Of a DNA stretch of 64,000 nucleotides, positions 1-64,000 are shown one piece after another (position 1 is the first letter of the stretch; every line of letters begins with the position of its first letter). Under the pieces are notes generated by a model. That model was given only the letters and a program-made list of their open reading frames with translations, had not been told where the DNA came from and searched no databases. The stretch lies in assembly GCA_965113315.1 (NCBI GenBank), contig OZ220377.1; one strand, 5' to 3'. Both the position numbers and the translations under genes were made by a program. The DNA comes from Podarcis vaucheri (Eukaryota).

Positions 1-1165
1 ATAGGTTACATTTTACTTTTTCAAAACAGATTACCAGCATTATTCAGCTTTCACTATATACACTTAAAGCAGGAAATACACTATCCAGAAGATGGAAAAA
101 GAGAGGAGGGCACAATTGTTTCTATAATTTGTTTGCCTGGCCTCTACCCGAGCTTCCCCAAGCTCCATTTAATGGCTGCGCCAGATGCATTGAGTGAATG
201 GGCTTGAAGAGGAAGCATAACAATGATGATAAGAAATTAAATCCCTGTGGCAGAGAATGGGTAAGAAAATGCAGGTTTGGGTGGAGGCGAGGGCTGTGTC
301 CGAGCAATGGATGATTGTGGCATGGAGTAATTATGTCGTTCCTCAGCTAATCCGAGTTCTTGGATTGGTCTTTTTTGGTCTGCCTGGCTGCGTTCTTTCA
401 CTTCAGAATGATGGAGCTCACGATTGCTGCCCTCTGGTTAGCTCCTCTGGGGTCAGAGTAGAGGCTTTCTCCCCCATCCTAACACCCAGAACAAACAGCC
501 CAGGTGCTAAGGATAACCACACCAAAACACGCATCATTGCAGATGGCAATTGAGGCAAGTAGCACTCCCCCACTCTGTAGCTTTTGGCCACAACCCAGAA
601 TATCTGATTCATTCTATCTCTGTGCCTTAAAAGCACCAGAGGAACTTTCCACCAGAAGAGGCAGAGAGCCTAACCTTTATGATTCTCCAAAGAGGAAGAA
701 TCTTTTCAAACCAGAGCTGTGCCATCAGTCTCAATGACATGGCTGGATTCATACTGGTGCATGTGAAAGAAGGGAGAGAAATGAGGTAAAACACAGCTCC
801 CAGATAACTATTCTATCTTCTTGGGCATACATTGACTCATTCATGAAGACTAGGCGTCAAGGAAAAGCTCAGTTGAGCAGCTCCACTTCAGATTTATCTG
901 GCTTCCTTCAGATTTATCTGGAACATGCTTCCCAGTAAACTCTAAAGGGCAACCTTTTTAACAAATGTCTACCATAGGAGGCAAGTGGATTGGGTTCTAT
1001 CTTATGTGGTTTCAGGCATACTGAAACAGACAAGAGGTGCAAAACCTGAGCCTACAGTCTGTCCCCAGAGGTGAAAATACACAGCAATGCAAGGAGCAGA
1101 AAGTCAATTTTTATCCAAGATTACAAAAGGGCAAACTGAGGAGAAGGAAAGACAGGCAGCAGTAC

Positions 1166-60941
<59,776 letters not shown>

Positions 60942-62690
60942 CTGCAAAGGAACACAAAACGATACATTACATACCTGCAATTTTCCTCCTCTGCCTTAAA
61001 ACATACGTTACACAAAGTACATAAGGTCTCACGGGCACACAGCCCATGCATAGCAGCAAGGCAGCAGTGTGATGAGGCCCAGGTAACGGGCCCTTCATCT
61101 GAACTACCAGCAGCATAACTGTGAGGATTATCTCAAAGCATTTAGATCACTTAGAATGCAAGATCTTCCTTTCCACAGGCTCCTTCCCCTATCCAGCATA
61201 TTGCTGCCACACTGCCTTGACTTACCAAGTCCCCAGGAGTACAGATTTATAATACAGGGGGAGAGGAAAAAAACAGACTGGGATATACTAGTAGATTGAT
61301 TTTCAGTAAATCAGCAAGGATTTCTGACTCCAAATTGTTTAACAACAGGAACAACAAAATCACACACACACTTAGAGTTCAGACAACACTTAGATAATCA
61401 GGAACAGATATTTATGTGAAATGAAGGGCTGTGGTCTCAGCTCATTTCTAGTACTCAAAACAAATTGCAATCTCCAATGCAATTCCTGATCTACAGTAGG
61501 CACTTGCCTGCCCATAAACCTGTTTCTGAGCCAAACTTCTGCAAACCAGCTGGGCAAAAATTAGGTAATAAGTTAAGAAGATAAGACAAGACTTCCTGGA
61601 TTAGACTAAATACTCATCTAACCCAGTATTCTGCTTCCGGCAGTAGCCATCCAGATGGTTAGGAGGAGTTTCTAAGCCAGCCCGCTCTTTGTATCCAGTA
61701 TACGGTCATCACTGCACCTGAACACTGGAAATTCCATTTTCAGTAGAACCATCATTGTTTGTATGTAAGAGCAGATATACCAGGCTCTTGGGCCATGGGG
61801 CTTACAGTCTAAAATCGATACAGGAAAACAACAGATCAGGGAGTGGGGGCTGAAGAGAGGAGTAGGGAGGAGTAGGCAGAGGGGAAATGCATGCATATTT
61901 CAATTACATGTACTTTGGCTTGGTTACAATAAGGCAGCCTTCCCTCTGGATGTTTTGGGCTACAACTTCCATCACCACTAGCCAGTGGGGCTAACAATCG
62001 AGGATTATGTAAGTTGTGGTTCAGAACATCTGGAGGTCAGCAGGTTGTGGAAGGCAGTATGGAAGAAGGGCTACAGAAATGAAGGGGCAGCAATTCCAAA
62101 GGGGTCAAGAAAAGGGAAGCAGAGGTTGGGCTGGGGGGGGGGCAAGAAATAGGAAGGAGGGAGAGAACAGGTGGCTACTAGAATGCTTGCAATGGGTGTC
62201 TCAAGCACAGTCAGGAGTTCAAGCTGTCAGTTATCTCCCTTGAGAGTCTGGTTGGCACGCCTGCTTGGTGGGAACAAACCCAACTCAATTAAAATGAATT
62301 TATCAAGAAAGCCACGTAAAAGGTGCATAAGGTTACAGGAGAATCTAAAATTTGGAGACAGGAGTCCAAAATATTGTCTATGGAGACAAACTAAAAGGTT
62401 TAGAAAACAGCTGGGTGCTTGTTTGTTTTCTAAACACAAGAAAACCAACCATCTATGATGAAATTAAAATATGTCCAAGGTAGTGAAGAATACATATTTT
62501 AGCAGTATAATAATGCCACTAAAACTTATGCCAGCTTAAAAATAAATAAATCTCTCGGTCGTATGTTTATTTGAATGTTTGAAGTAGAAAATATTATAGA
62601 AGATCCACAAATCTCCCATAGTACTGAAACACCTCACTTGTGACAAAGTAGGATGTAAATCTCTAACCCTACATTTCTGCTCCGCAAACA

Positions 62691-62732
<42 letters not shown>
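62691..62732. repeat. (AAT)n microsatellite
   Basis: Visible run. Confidence 0.95.
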
Positions 62733-63798
62733 CCATTATAAGCTAACAAAGTGGCCATGGTTACATGTCATAGTCTGAAATGAGAAGCAGGCTGATACAT
62801 ACTGCTCATATTGGACCTGCGGCTGTAATTCCCTTTAACAAGCTGAGAAGAGACAGAAAATGGTGCTGGCTTACAGGTGAATCCATGCTCATGGTTTGTT
62901 TCCCTCCATGCAAACTTTGAGATGAAGCCAAGAAAAAACCTTTACTTCCTCTAAAGGTTTGGAGAGAAATTACAAGCACTGGTTCACATTTAACACTAAA
63001 CCACTGCTGTGGTCCCCCCCCCCTTCTGGTTCACGAAAAAGAGGAGCAAGATAAACACAATTTGAGCAAGATGCACCAGCACATCCACGATAACCCATAG
63101 TTTGTTTCTGGTGCAAGTTTCCTATAAGTGCCAATCATCATGAAAAGTAATTTCTGGCTGAATGTAGAGGGACACTTAATTTTTTCCTTAGTAAACACAC
63201 AGCACATCCAAATCTGCCACCCTGGGCTCCTTCAGGAGGAAGGGTGGGTTATAAATGGAATTATTATTATTGTCAGGGCCTAGGTTAAAAATGGAATGGT
63301 AGAGCAAACAAGCTCACATACTAACTAGTGGAATGAATAATAGCAATACAGTAGTCTCCCCTACAAGATAGATCTAGTTATCCACAATCCAGGTATGGAG
63401 CTGTTTCTTTTGGTCTCTACTAATGCTGCATTTATTCATTCATTCATTCTCCCAAAGGCCCAGAGGTACATTTGAAAAGACTTTACTGTAGCAAGAGAAC
63501 TGGTGCGAAACTGGTCTGAAACATTATTAGAGGAATTACGTGTTTTATGACCCCTCTAGAACAGGGATCTGGATACAGGGTTTCTATATAATGGGACTGT
63601 CTTATTGCATATTTTAATTATGGATTTTTATGTTTTAATGGGATTGTTTTCACTGAGTGTGTGACTGCATGAACATGTGTGCGAGTGAAAGAGGAAGACA
63701 GCTTGTGTGCCTGCGTGTCTGGTGAGTGTCTGCAGTGTGCAAGAGAGTACACATGTGCATATACAGGTGCCATCCCCACCCCTGGTATGTGGCCTTTG

Positions 63799-63940
63799 NN
63801 NNNNNNNNNNNNNNNNNNNNNNNNNNNNNNNNNNNNNNNNNNNNNNNNNNNNNNNNNNNNNNNNNNNNNNNNNNNNNNNNNNNNNNNNNNNNNNNNNNNN
63901 NNNNNNNNNNNNNNNNNNNNNNNNNNNNNNNNNNNNNNNN
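63799..63940. other. Assembly gap (142 N)
   Basis: Run of n. Confidence 0.99.
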
Positions 63941-64000
63941 AGGTGCATTGTCTCTTTTCAAGTTGCATTTTCTACAGATCAGTTTCATTTGTTGTGAGAC

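Noticed and set aside
418-538. Signal-peptide-like MMRVLVWLSLAPGLFVLG ORF
   Set aside because: Ends in a stop; its only donor is phase 2, incompatible with the expected phase-0 exon 17
886-921. 16-bp direct duplication cttcagatttatctgg
   Set aside because: Ordinary local slippage duplication with no sign of function
60942-64000. Expected exon 3 ([20 protein letters not shown])
   Set aside because: Not seen. It most likely lies beyond the window or in the N gap, so this is not evidence of exon loss.

Overview
Vertebrate genomic DNA from a squamate, probably a lacertid lizard (judged from Sauria SINEs and the MITE families). The window lies inside a CaMKII-beta gene (CAMK2B) on the minus strand. 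I mapped exons 4-16 (mammalian numbering) by hand, each with GT-AG borders and consistent phases. They cover most of the kinase domain, the regulatory segment and the variable linker. I did not find exons 1-3 or 17 onward; they presumably lie outside the window (142-N gap at 63799-63940). Main finding: an intact second copy of kinase exon 6 at 49294-49366 (HCIHQILESVTYIHHYAIVHRDLK, gamma/delta-like), 12.4 kb upstream of the canonical alpha/beta-type exon 6 (36789-36861). Both are 73 nt with identical phases, which implies mutually exclusive splicing of the helix-E/catalytic-loop segment. The ORF track misses this exon. Also seen: very long AG-exclusion zones, TGCATG clusters, CTCF-like motifs, candidate cryptic, poison or recursive exons in the linker region, and a MITE carrying a nested-palindrome minisatellite. 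The remaining intronic sequence is SINE/LINE/MITE debris and microsatellites. Nearly all ORFs in the track are spurious.
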